From Candidatus Nomurabacteria bacterium (GTDB taxonomy: Bacteria; Patescibacteriota; Minisyncoccia; Phycocordibacterales; CAIZLB01): a DNA stretch of 64,000 nt. Shown one piece after another: positions 49,274-57,881 of this stretch (positions are counted from its first letter, which is position 1; the number at the start of each line of letters is the position of its first letter). The translations under genes were made by a program, and so were the position numbers. The stretch is taken from positions 290 through 64,289 of the forward strand of contig CALRFG010000004.1 in assembly GCA_943356525.1 (NCBI GenBank), given 5' to 3'. The notes under the pieces were generated by a model that saw only the letters and a program-made list of their open reading frames with translations, searched no databases and was not told the DNA's origin.

Positions 49274-49723
49274 ATGATTAACTTAGACTTTATTGGTTTA
49301 TTTATATTACTCGCTGGGTTTGTTATAGGACTTGGTGCTGTGAATGTTATAGATATACATGGTTTTTTAAGTAGAAAATCATCATATTGGACAGAGGCTA
49401 CTATAAGAACACATAAAGTAACAAAACCACTTATATGGTTTGGAATATTTTTAGCTATTGTTGGTGGTTTTATATTTTATCGCGATCAAACATTTTCAGG
49501 TATTCCTATGTATCATAGTTTGATTGCTTCTATACTTATATTGAACGGATTATTTCTTTCATTCTATATAAGTCCATTATTATTAAAAAGAGAAAATGAA
49601 GGTAGACAGGCTGAGATTTTACCAAAATCAATTCAAAATAAGATTGTTGTTAGTTTTTTGATCTCTGATATCGGATGGTGGGTAGGTTTGATGATGTTAG
49701 TGTGGTATTTGTTGGGTAAATAA
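49274..49723 (+). CDS. Hypothetical integral membrane protein with four transmembrane segments
   Basis: Hydrophobic ORF with a leaderless promoter. Confidence 0.45.
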   Translation: MINLDFIGLFILLAGFVIGLGAVNVIDIHGFLSRKSSYWTEATIRTHKVTKPLIWFGIFLAIVGGFIFYRDQTFSGIPMYHSLIASILILNGLFLSFYISPLLLKRENEGRQAEILPKSIQNKIVVSFLISDIGWWVGLMMLVWYLLGK

Positions 49724-49799
49724 AAAAACTAGCAACTTTGGAAAGTACATCTAGATTTTATTGTATTTTATTTAGTACAGCTCTGGTAAAGCTGCGTTG

Positions 49800-50654
49800 T
49801 TAGGATTGAGGAACTGGAATATATTTGCCAGTCCTACTCTTGCGTTCGTAAATACGGATGTAAGAGTTTGTTTTCTCAGAACGTATACTTTGGCGGAGAT
49901 AGCGCTGAGCCAAAGCCAGTTCTGGAAAAATATCTTCATCTAGCTCGAGGGAAAGAAAGCGATACAAGTGAGGACCAATTTTGAAGTTGATCTTTTCGAC
50001 TAATATCTGTTTAGTAAGTTCGTACATGGTTTTAGTTGGTCCATCCATGTGTGAGTTATCAAACTTATTGAAGAATCCCTCGATTTCATCTTGTGCTTTT
50101 TGAGCTAGATCACCCTTTACGAGAGTCATAGTATTGACCATGGCAACTACTTTGTGAAGTCCATTTGAGCTAAAAAAGCTTATTTGGGACACAAGTTTGC
50201 CGTCCTTTCCGATAAGGCGAGGGAAGACATGACGATTCAGAAATTCTAGACGAATAGCACTAGCACCAACGACGGATTTGTTAAGGTCTAGTACACCTGT
50301 GACTATTTCATCTGTTGCATTAACCTCGCTGAATTCCTGTTCAGTTACTCGTGCCAGTTGAAGTCCAAGCTGTACCAACTCGTCATCAATTTTCTTGAGC
50401 TGTTCTCTGGCACTATCTCTTTCTTTTGTCATAGCCACACTTCTTTGTCGCCAACCCTTAAGTTTTGCTTTAAGGTTAGCTTCTTTCGCTGTACCGTGAA
50501 CTTTTATACCTACGAGTAAGTCGACAAGTTTTATGTAACTTGAATTGGCTGCTACCCATTTTTTTATTATTTTAGCTACTCTGGTAGCAGCTTTTTCCCG
50601 TTCACGTTTTTTTCTAGCAATCGAACTCTTAATCTTGTATATTTCTGTTTTCAT
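49800..50654 (-). CDS. Hypothetical protein encoded by a GC-richer, probably horizontally acquired gene
   Basis: The 284-aa ORF has a visibly higher G+C and a different codon usage from its neighbours. The N-terminus is basic and helical. No family recognised. Confidence 0.5.
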   Translation of the reverse strand: MKTEIYKIKSSIARKKREREKAATRVAKIIKKWVAANSSYIKLVDLLVGIKVHGTAKEANLKAKLKGWRQRSVAMTKERDSAREQLKKIDDELVQLGLQLARVTEQEFSEVNATDEIVTGVLDLNKSVVGASAIRLEFLNRHVFPRLIGKDGKLVSQISFFSSNGLHKVVAMVNTMTLVKGDLAQKAQDEIEGFFNKFDNSHMDGPTKTMYELTKQILVEKINFKIGPHLYRFLSLELDEDIFPELALAQRYLRQSIRSEKTNSYIRIYERKSRTGKYIPVPQS

Positions 50655-50747
50655 AACTGTTTTTTTCTGGTTTGGTGTTCAATAGCAAATGTGCTACTTT
50701 GTTAAGGTAACACATTTTAAATATTTGTCAACAAAACCATATAACGA

Positions 50748-52061
50748 CTAACTACCAAACCTACTCAAAATAGTCCTGATAGTTTTCAAAAAAATCTGTA
50801 TCTCCAATGATATGGATCTATTTTTTATATAATAAAAATCATATGAAAGTTTAAGCTTAGTCTCTTTCAAGTTTGATGGTACATAGTCTTGATTTATCTG
50901 AGCCCAACCAGATAACCCCGGCTTAACCAAAGTCCTCATCATAAAGTATGGAAGATCTTTACATAAATCATCAGCAATATGCTTAAACTCAGGTCTTGGA
51001 CCAATCAAAGAAAGATCACCACGAAGCACAGACAATATCTGAGGTAATTCATCTATACGTGTTGATTTGATTAAAGCACCAACTTTTGACACTGGATTAT
51101 CTACGGATTTAGCCCCAAACTTTACTCCGGCATCATCATATTTTCTATTTCGTATTTTAGGTATTTTTATAATTTTACCAATTAACCCTAATCTTTTATT
51201 GTAAATTAAAAATTTTCCAGGACCTTCAATTTTCATAAAAATTTTAACTATTGGGAATATAAGAAAAGTTGGTAATAAAATTATACAAAACAAAAGATCA
51301 AATAATTTTTTAAATAATAAATAACTTGGAGCCGAAGACTTTTGAACATAAGTTAAAAACCATAACTCATCTATCTGTCCTAAAGGAATACGCTTCATAA
51401 CTTGCTCAAAGAAATCTTTAAGCTCAACGTATTTTGCACCACTGTATATACTCTCGTATAGATATTCTTTTATAAGTTTTATCTTAGAATGATCTGTGTC
51501 TATTACTATAAGATTATTATCGCTAGGAATGATGCTTGTAAATTCATTCTGTACATCTTTTACAAAAAGTTTTTCAAGATCAACCGCTTTCACTAAACGA
51601 TAATATTTATCAGTATTTTGTTTAAAATAATGAACTAAATCTTGATAATCTTCACCAGATCCAAATATATAAACATTTTGGACTAGTGGTCTATATCGAA
51701 CAAATAAATAACGCCAAGCACTAGTAAATACAATAGAGAAAGAGAAGAATAAGAATAAGTTGAAACGAGGACTTATGTTCAATCTACTAAAGAAGAAGTA
51801 GAACAAAAGTACCGACAATACTAAGACTATAGAGTGAACCATCAATATCCTAACCAGGTTAACTTTATAATCTTGGGTAACCCTGTCATATAACCCGATA
51901 ATGTAATTTCCTACAATAAGAGCAAATATAACCAGTGAAAAAGGCCATATATGTGCATCATAAGATAAATTTCTTAAAATAATCATTAAATAGAAGGATA
52001 AACCAAAAAAAAGTATATCTCCAAAAAACTGCATATTCTGTATTGGTTTTGACTTATTCAT
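50748..52061 (-). CDS. Undecaprenyl-phosphate sugar phosphotransferase (WbaP/CpsE-like 'bacterial sugar transferase')
   Basis: N-terminal transmembrane helices and a C-terminal catalytic domain: '...KFGAKSVDNPVSKVGALIKSTRIDELPQILSVLRGDLSLIGPRPE'. Confidence 0.8.
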   Translation of the reverse strand: MNKSKPIQNMQFFGDILFFGLSFYLMIILRNLSYDAHIWPFSLVIFALIVGNYIIGLYDRVTQDYKVNLVRILMVHSIVLVLSVLLFYFFFSRLNISPRFNLFLFFSFSIVFTSAWRYLFVRYRPLVQNVYIFGSGEDYQDLVHYFKQNTDKYYRLVKAVDLEKLFVKDVQNEFTSIIPSDNNLIVIDTDHSKIKLIKEYLYESIYSGAKYVELKDFFEQVMKRIPLGQIDELWFLTYVQKSSAPSYLLFKKLFDLLFCIILLPTFLIFPIVKIFMKIEGPGKFLIYNKRLGLIGKIIKIPKIRNRKYDDAGVKFGAKSVDNPVSKVGALIKSTRIDELPQILSVLRGDLSLIGPRPEFKHIADDLCKDLPYFMMRTLVKPGLSGWAQINQDYVPSNLKETKLKLSYDFYYIKNRSISLEIQIFLKTIRTILSRFGS

Positions 52062-52070
52062 ATAAAAGTA

Positions 52071-52078
52071 AGTATACT
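52071..52078. promoter_or_regulatory. Palindromic -10 element AGTATACT shared by divergent leaderless genes
   Basis: TATACT read on the - strand is followed after 9 nt by the ATG at 52061. TATACT read on the + strand is followed after 6 nt by the ATG at 52085. Confidence 0.4.
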
Positions 52079-52084
52079 ATGAGT

Positions 52085-53206
52085 ATGAAAAAAATTCTAT
52101 ATTGTATAACGAAAGGGAATTTTGGAGGTGCTCAGAGGTATGCGTATGATTTGGCTATAAATATCAATAAAAAGGATTATGAGGTAGTAGTTTTATGTGG
52201 TGAAGGTGAGACTTTACCAAAAAAACTTGAAGAAGCTGATATCAGAGTCATAAGACTTAAATCAATGCAGAGAGATATTAGTGTTTTTAAGGAATTAAAA
52301 TCATTTGTCGAGCTATATAAAATTTTCAAACAAGAAAAACCTGATGTTATACATCTAAATAGTTCAAAGATGGGAGGAAGTGGTGCTTTTATAGGAAGGT
52401 TGGTTGGAGTTAAGAATATTATTTTCACAGCTCATGGTTTTGCCTTCAACGAAGATAGATCTTTCATATCTAAGAAAATACTTTTAGCTTTTCATTGGTT
52501 GACAATACTCTTGACACATAAGACTATTATCGTTTCTGATAAGACTATGAAGGATATAGATTATTTACCATTTATGAAAAATAAATTGGTTAAGATTTAT
52601 AATGGTATTGACACAGGTCTTGACTTTTATAACAAAGAAGAAGCAATTCGCTTTTTATTGAAAGATAAAAATATTTCTACAGTTGGTAAAACTATATTAT
52701 TAAGTATTGGTGAGTTACACAAAAATAAAGGTTATGATTTATTTATTCCGAGCTTAAAAAAAGTTGAGAAAGATTTTATTTATCTAATCATCGGTGAAGG
52801 TGAGGAGAGAAATAATATTGCTATGTTAATAAAGGATAATGATTTGAGAGATAAAGTTTTCTTATTGGGTAGAATAGAGAATGCATATAAATATATAAAG
52901 GCTAGTGATGTATTTGTTTTACCTTCTAGAACAGAGGCTTTTCCATATGTTTTGTTGGAGAGTGGTTTGGCTGGGGCTTGTGTACTGGCTTCGAATGTAG
53001 GTGGTATTGGTGAGGTTATTAAGGATGATTATAATGGGGTGTTATTTGATGTAAATAGTGAGGGAAATATAGTACACAAGGTTAATATGTTGATTGGGAG
53101 TGGGGAAATGAGGGAGCAGTTTGGAAAGTTGGTCCAGGAGAAGGTGGTGAAGGAGTTTGGATTGGATAGGATGTTGGAGAGGACTAGGGATGTTTATAGA
53201 AAATAA
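52085..53206 (+). CDS. Family-4 glycosyltransferase (GT4, GT-B fold)
   Basis: '...EAFPYVLLESGLAG' is the E-x7-E-like C-terminal motif. The start lies between 52079 and 52085. The 5' part of the listed ORF overlaps the divergent gene. Confidence 0.75.
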   Translation: MKKILYCITKGNFGGAQRYAYDLAININKKDYEVVVLCGEGETLPKKLEEADIRVIRLKSMQRDISVFKELKSFVELYKIFKQEKPDVIHLNSSKMGGSGAFIGRLVGVKNIIFTAHGFAFNEDRSFISKKILLAFHWLTILLTHKTIIVSDKTMKDIDYLPFMKNKLVKIYNGIDTGLDFYNKEEAIRFLLKDKNISTVGKTILLSIGELHKNKGYDLFIPSLKKVEKDFIYLIIGEGEERNNIAMLIKDNDLRDKVFLLGRIENAYKYIKASDVFVLPSRTEAFPYVLLESGLAGACVLASNVGGIGEVIKDDYNGVLFDVNSEGNIVHKVNMLIGSGEMREQFGKLVQEKVVKEFGLDRMLERTRDVYRK

Positions 53207-53271
53207 GGCTCCTCTTAGTGAGGATCGAATTAAATCAATCTATAAAAAAAAACAATTAAACCCGTTTCTTG

Positions 53272-53342
53272 TTGCCAGACTTGGAGTCGAACCAAAATTA
53301 AAGGCTTCAAAGGCCTCTGTCCTACCATTAGACGATCTGGCA
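53272..53342 (-). tRNA. tRNA-Gln (anticodon UUG); CCA is not encoded
   Basis: The - strand reads TGCCAGA / TC / GTCT-AATGGTA-GGAC / A / GAGGC-CTTTGAA-GCCTT / TAAT / TTTGG-TTCGACT-CCAAG / TCTGGCA / A. This gives a 7-bp acceptor stem, a D-loop with GG, the T-loop TTCGA, and anticodon TTG. An upstream TGcTATTAT box lies at + coordinates 53357-53366. Confidence 0.7.
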
Positions 53343-53388
53343 ATATACACAGTATAATAGCATCTTTATTTTAAATTACAATGAAAAT

Positions 53389-53412
53389 GGGCACTATTCG
53401 AAAATAGTGCCC
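53389..53412 (-). terminator. Hairpin terminator between the small - strand ORF and tRNA-Gln
   Basis: GGGCACTATT-ttcg-AATAGTGCCC, followed on the - strand by a T-rich tract. Confidence 0.45.
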
Positions 53413-53688
53413 ACTGCAGTTGCATTTTTTAGCGTCTTTTCCACGTAAAATAGCAAGTAATGATTATGAAAGAACATATGAATGTTTCCCACATGTTCCA
53501 AGAAATAAAACCGATTAGCCGTAACGTAAGTAAGATAATAATGATAGCGATAAATAAATATAAAGGAATTTGAGTAGTCATAATTTATTTGGTTAAGTTC
53601 AACGTAAGTATTTTAGCATTTTAATTGATAAAGTTAAGTCCTATAGACATAATTTTAAAAATAAGGCTTAAATGCTATAATTACTGAT

Positions 53689-54663
53689 ATGAATAAAAAC
53701 GTATTAGTTATAGGTGGTGCTGGGTATATCGGCTCTGCATGCGTAGAAGAACTAATTAAAAACGAATTCAATGTTTTTGTATTAGATAATCTTTCTACTG
53801 GTCAAGTAGAAAAAGTAAATAAAAAAGCCCAAATGATCCACGGAGATATTTTAGACATGGCAGTTTTAGAAAATGTATTTAAGGATAATGAGTTTGAAAC
53901 AGTTATTCATTTTGCAGGTAAAAAAGCTGTTGGTGAAAGTGAAGAATTCCCAGAGTTGTATTTTGAAAACAATGTTAAAGGTACTTTGAATATTTTATCT
54001 ATGATGAGTAAGTACAATGTTCCTAAAATTATTTTCTCATCTACTGCCGCAGTATATAAACCAAAGGATAATGAAAATGCTATCTACACAGAAGATTCAG
54101 AGGTTGAACCTATAAATGTCTATGGCCGCACAAAGCTTATGTGTGAACTAATAATTAAGGATTATCAAAGACTAGGAAAAATAAAAGAATACGTTATATT
54201 TAGATACTTCAATGTAGCTGGAGACACAGGTTTAAACTACATAGAGAAAAATGCACAAAACGTATTTCCACTACTTACAAATGCAATATTAAACGGAACT
54301 GAATTTAAAATATTTGGTGATGACTATAGTACACCTGACGGGTCTGGTGTACGTGACTATATTCATCTAAAGGATTTAGTTCAAGCTCATGTACTTGGTA
54401 TTGGAAGTGTTGAATCAGGAACCTATAACCTCGGAACCAAAAACGGATTCTCTGTAAAAGAATTAATACAAGCCTTTGAGCGTATAACAAATAAAAAAAT
54501 GAATGTTGTAATTGTAGAAAAAAGAAAAGGTGACCCTGCAATAGTTATAGCTGACTCTGCTAAAGCAAACAATGATTTAAATTGGCAAGCTAAAAGTACA
54601 CTCGACGATATGGTCACATCAACATTAAAAGCTTATGGATATGTTGATGATAAATTGATATAA
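53689..54663 (+). CDS. galE: UDP-glucose 4-epimerase
   Basis: 'VIGGAGYIGS' Rossmann fold, the 'YxxxK' catalytic pair, and 'YFNVAG'. Confidence 0.85.
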   Translation: MNKNVLVIGGAGYIGSACVEELIKNEFNVFVLDNLSTGQVEKVNKKAQMIHGDILDMAVLENVFKDNEFETVIHFAGKKAVGESEEFPELYFENNVKGTLNILSMMSKYNVPKIIFSSTAAVYKPKDNENAIYTEDSEVEPINVYGRTKLMCELIIKDYQRLGKIKEYVIFRYFNVAGDTGLNYIEKNAQNVFPLLTNAILNGTEFKIFGDDYSTPDGSGVRDYIHLKDLVQAHVLGIGSVESGTYNLGTKNGFSVKELIQAFERITNKKMNVVIVEKRKGDPAIVIADSAKANNDLNWQAKSTLDDMVTSTLKAYGYVDDKLI

Positions 54664-54911
54664 TCAAAGATAATGCCAAATCAGATTCAACGTTCATCAA
54701 CAGCCCGTATTGTTTCAATCATAGTTTTATTTGGTATTATACCAGTTTGGTTTTTTTATATCGGTATAAAATACAAAGAAACGATTGACTTTTTAGATAA
54801 TAGCAATCAAAACTTACAGGTATACTTAATTAAATAAATTAGTTGTCATAACTCCAGATAATCTTTTCGAAAAACGGCGACACTAGTAGATAAATATGTT
54901 ATTATAGAAAA

Positions 54912-57032
54912 ATGTCTTTACCTGAAAAGTACAAAAAACCCTATGAATCAAAGGATGTTGAGTCTGTTGTATATAAAAGAGAACTCAACTCTGGTCTATT
55001 TAATCCTGACATGTTGGTTCAAAAATTTCCTAAAAAATATGCTGATTCGAAAACTTGGACAAGCATAACACCACCCCCCAATGCAAACGGTCGCCTTCAT
55101 GCAGGTCACGCACTGGACGTTACCTTGAAAGATATTATTGGGCGCTACAAACGTATGCAAGGTTTACAAGTTCTTTTACTTCCAGGATCTGATCATGCTG
55201 GTTTTGAAACTCAAGTAGTGTATGAAAAGAAACTCGAAAAAGAAGGACGAAGTCGCTTTGGTATGGATAGAGCTGAACTATATAAAGAGATATATGATTT
55301 CACTCATGTAAACAAAGAAACAGTTACGAGTGAGATAAAACGTATAGGTGCATCGTACGATTGGAGTCGTGACACTTTTACACTTGATGCTAAAGTTGTT
55401 TCAGGTGTACAAAAAACTTTTATAAAAATGCATGAGGATGGATTGATATATCGCGGAAAGAGGGATTGTAATTGGTGTTCAAAACATCAGACTTCACTTT
55501 CGGATGTTGAGACTGATAAAAAAGAAGTTGTTACAACATTTTATACTTTTAAACTAGGTGATTTTAACATTGCAACATCTCGCCCTGAAACTAAGATCAC
55601 TGACAAATACGTTGTAGTTCATCCAGATGATAATCGTTATACATCATACAAACATGGTGATACATTTGAAGCAGAATGGGTATTAGGAAAAAGTACTTTC
55701 ACTGTTATCAAGGATGACTCTATAGATCCAGAGTTCGGAACTGGAGCTATGACTATTACTCCATGGCATTCAGGTATAGATTTTGCTATAGCAAAAAAAC
55801 ATGGACTAGATATGGTTCAACTTATTGATGATTATGGAAAATTTACAGATGTGGCAGGCGAGTTGAAAGGATTAAAAGCTACAACAGTAGGTCGTGCAAA
55901 AGTTGTTGAAATATTATCAGAAAAAGGGTTACTGGTAGATAAAGATGAAAATTATAAAACAATAGTCCCAGTATGTTACAAATGCGAAACACTCATAGAA
56001 CCACAACTTAAAGATCAATGGTTTGTTAAAATGGAATCATTGGCAGAGATAGCACTTCAAGCATCACAAGATGGAAAATTAAATTTTATTTCTGATCAAT
56101 ACAGAAAAACTTTTGAGCATTGGATGAAAAATCCTATCGACTGGAATATTTCCAGGCAAATAGTTTGGGGTATTTCTATACCAGCTTGGTTTAAAAATAA
56201 AGGAACAGATACTGAAGAATTTTATATCGGTAACACAGCACCAAAAGGTAATGAATGGATAAAAGATGAAGACACTTTCGATACATGGTTTTCATCTGGA
56301 CAATGGCCTATTGCGACTTTAGGTTTTACAGATTCAGATGATTTTAATAGATTTTATCCAACTCAATTAATGGAAACAGGAAGAGATCTTATATTCAAAT
56401 GGGTACCGCGTATGGTTATATTTGGGTTATATTTAGCTCGAGAAGTGCCGTTTAAAGACATATACCTACATGGAATGGCATTGGACTCGAAAGGGCAAAA
56501 AATGAGTAAATCTAAGGGAAATGTAATGTCTCCAATAGACTTGGCTGATGAGTTTGGTATGGATGCATTACGTATGGCATTGATTGTTGGTAATGCACCT
56601 GGAAATGATATACCAGTTTCAAATGAAAAAGTTAAAGCCTATAAAAAGTTTGTAAATAAGTTGTGGAATATCGCTCGTTTTGTTTTAGAAAATACAAATG
56701 AGGAAGATGATAATTTTGACACAACTATTGACAATATACATGTAGAAAATTTTAAAAAAGTAAAATATGAGATTACGAAAAATTTAGATAATTATCAATT
56801 ACACCTCGCTTCAGAAGAATTGTATCAATATGTTTGGCACGAATATGCTGATGTTGTTATCGAAGAGATAAAGAAAGATTTGAGTAGTGAAAATAAAAAA
56901 GTATTGAGATATTTGTTTAAACAGATTCTGATTGTTACACATCCATTTATGCCATTTGTAACAGAGGAAATATGGAGTGATTTTGCTGATGTTTCGAAAG
57001 ATAATTTGTTGTTGGTCCAGGATTGGGAATAA
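54912..57032 (+). CDS. valS: Valine--tRNA ligase, short form of 706 aa lacking the C-terminal coiled-coil
   Basis: 'PPPNANGRLHAGHA' (HIGH) and 'KMSKSKGN'. CP1 editing insert and anticodon-binding domain are present. Confidence 0.8.
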   Translation: MSLPEKYKKPYESKDVESVVYKRELNSGLFNPDMLVQKFPKKYADSKTWTSITPPPNANGRLHAGHALDVTLKDIIGRYKRMQGLQVLLLPGSDHAGFETQVVYEKKLEKEGRSRFGMDRAELYKEIYDFTHVNKETVTSEIKRIGASYDWSRDTFTLDAKVVSGVQKTFIKMHEDGLIYRGKRDCNWCSKHQTSLSDVETDKKEVVTTFYTFKLGDFNIATSRPETKITDKYVVVHPDDNRYTSYKHGDTFEAEWVLGKSTFTVIKDDSIDPEFGTGAMTITPWHSGIDFAIAKKHGLDMVQLIDDYGKFTDVAGELKGLKATTVGRAKVVEILSEKGLLVDKDENYKTIVPVCYKCETLIEPQLKDQWFVKMESLAEIALQASQDGKLNFISDQYRKTFEHWMKNPIDWNISRQIVWGISIPAWFKNKGTDTEEFYIGNTAPKGNEWIKDEDTFDTWFSSGQWPIATLGFTDSDDFNRFYPTQLMETGRDLIFKWVPRMVIFGLYLAREVPFKDIYLHGMALDSKGQKMSKSKGNVMSPIDLADEFGMDALRMALIVGNAPGNDIPVSNEKVKAYKKFVNKLWNIARFVLENTNEEDDNFDTTIDNIHVENFKKVKYEITKNLDNYQLHLASEELYQYVWHEYADVVIEEIKKDLSSENKKVLRYLFKQILIVTHPFMPFVTEEIWSDFADVSKDNLLLVQDWE

Positions 57033-57068
57033 AAAAGCACCGCCAAGGCTTGTGGGCCGAGGCGGGTT
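57031..57068. terminator. Bidirectional hairpin terminator
   Basis: CCGCC...GGCGG stem, with a T-run on the - strand serving the gene at 57080-57367. Confidence 0.6.
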
Positions 57069-57079
57069 AGGTTCAGATT

Positions 57080-57367
57080 TTATTCTGAATGCATTGTGAG
57101 AATAGCCTTATCGTCATAATCTTTCAAAGATTCATAAGCAATAAGTATATTATCAGCATAATGTAAGACATATACTTTTTCATCATTTTTACGACAATGG
57201 ATTAAAAAAGATATAGATCCGTTAAGTCTGTCAGGGGTTGTAGTTCGCAAGTTACATTTTTTTTGTTCAAGTCCTAAGCATTCTTCTGGAGTTTGAGGAA
57301 TTTCAGGTCTTGTACCACCGATGACAAATGCTATGATTTCAATATTTGGTGATAAAGTTTTTATCAT
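57080..57367 (-). CDS. Hypothetical 95-aa protein
   Basis: ORF bounded by terminators on both sides. No family recognised. Confidence 0.4.
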   Translation of the reverse strand: MIKTLSPNIEIIAFVIGGTRPEIPQTPEECLGLEQKKCNLRTTTPDRLNGSISFLIHCRKNDEKVYVLHYADNILIAYESLKDYDDKAILTMHSE

Positions 57368-57423
57368 TATAGTTTTGTTCTTTAAATTTTCAAGACTTCA
57401 ACAGTATATAACATAAAAATATT

Positions 57424-57466
57424 AAAACAACCCATGAAATGCGCGCGCGGGGCTTTTCATGGGTCA
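57424..57466 (-). terminator. Intrinsic terminator containing (GC)4
   Basis: ACCCATGAAA...TTTCATGGGT stem. On the - strand it is followed by a T-rich tract. Confidence 0.65.
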
Positions 57467-57472
57467 GGTGTT

Positions 57473-57865
57473 TTACTTTTCATAAATAAATGAGGATTTA
57501 TTATCCCACTTCTTCATCAATTGACAGGAAGATCTATTGATACCATCTGCTTCAAAATTTACAACTATGATTACAAATAGTCCACCTAGATTACACCTAA
57601 CAAAAGAGAATGATCTATAATCCCTTCTGATGGTTTCGATTCTACTAACTTTAAAAGGTAAGGATTCTATTTGTGATTTTGAGGGTTCACCAAAATATGC
57701 TGAGCCGTAATCATAGATACGAACAGTTCTTCTGATCTTTCTATTGTTATTTATTTTCTGTTTTTTCTTCGCTTCAATTTTACCAAGCTTAGTTTTAATG
57801 TTCATCTCACATACAATAGAATAAATAACCAGAAATGTCAATAAAAACCCCAACTCAAAAACCAT
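57473..57865 (-). CDS. Hypothetical membrane-anchored 130-aa protein
   Basis: N-terminal transmembrane helix 'FELGFLLTFLVIYSIV' and a basic central region. Confidence 0.4.
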   Translation of the reverse strand: MVFELGFLLTFLVIYSIVCEMNIKTKLGKIEAKKKQKINNNRKIRRTVRIYDYGSAYFGEPSKSQIESLPFKVSRIETIRRDYRSFSFVRCNLGGLFVIIVVNFEADGINRSSCQLMKKWDNKSSFIYEK

Positions 57866-57881
57866 GATATAATAAACCGCA

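Noticed and set aside
53157-53357. 66-aa + strand ORF overlapping tRNA-Gln
   Set aside because: It overlaps a well-formed tRNA on the opposite strand and the end of the glycosyltransferase gene. It has no promoter signature.
53430-53582. 50-aa hydrophobic small ORF on the - strand upstream of tRNA-Gln (MTTQIPLYLFIAIIIILLTLRLIGFISWNMWETFICSFIIITCYFTWKRR)
   Set aside because: It could be a small membrane peptide. It is below the ORF-track threshold, has no conservation evidence, and a start-site signature could not be confirmed, so it is left out of the feature list.
57441-57449. (GC)4 alternating tract as a Z-DNA element or regulatory element
   Set aside because: It lies inside the loop of an ordinary intrinsic terminator hairpin. 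A single short tract is not enough to claim function.
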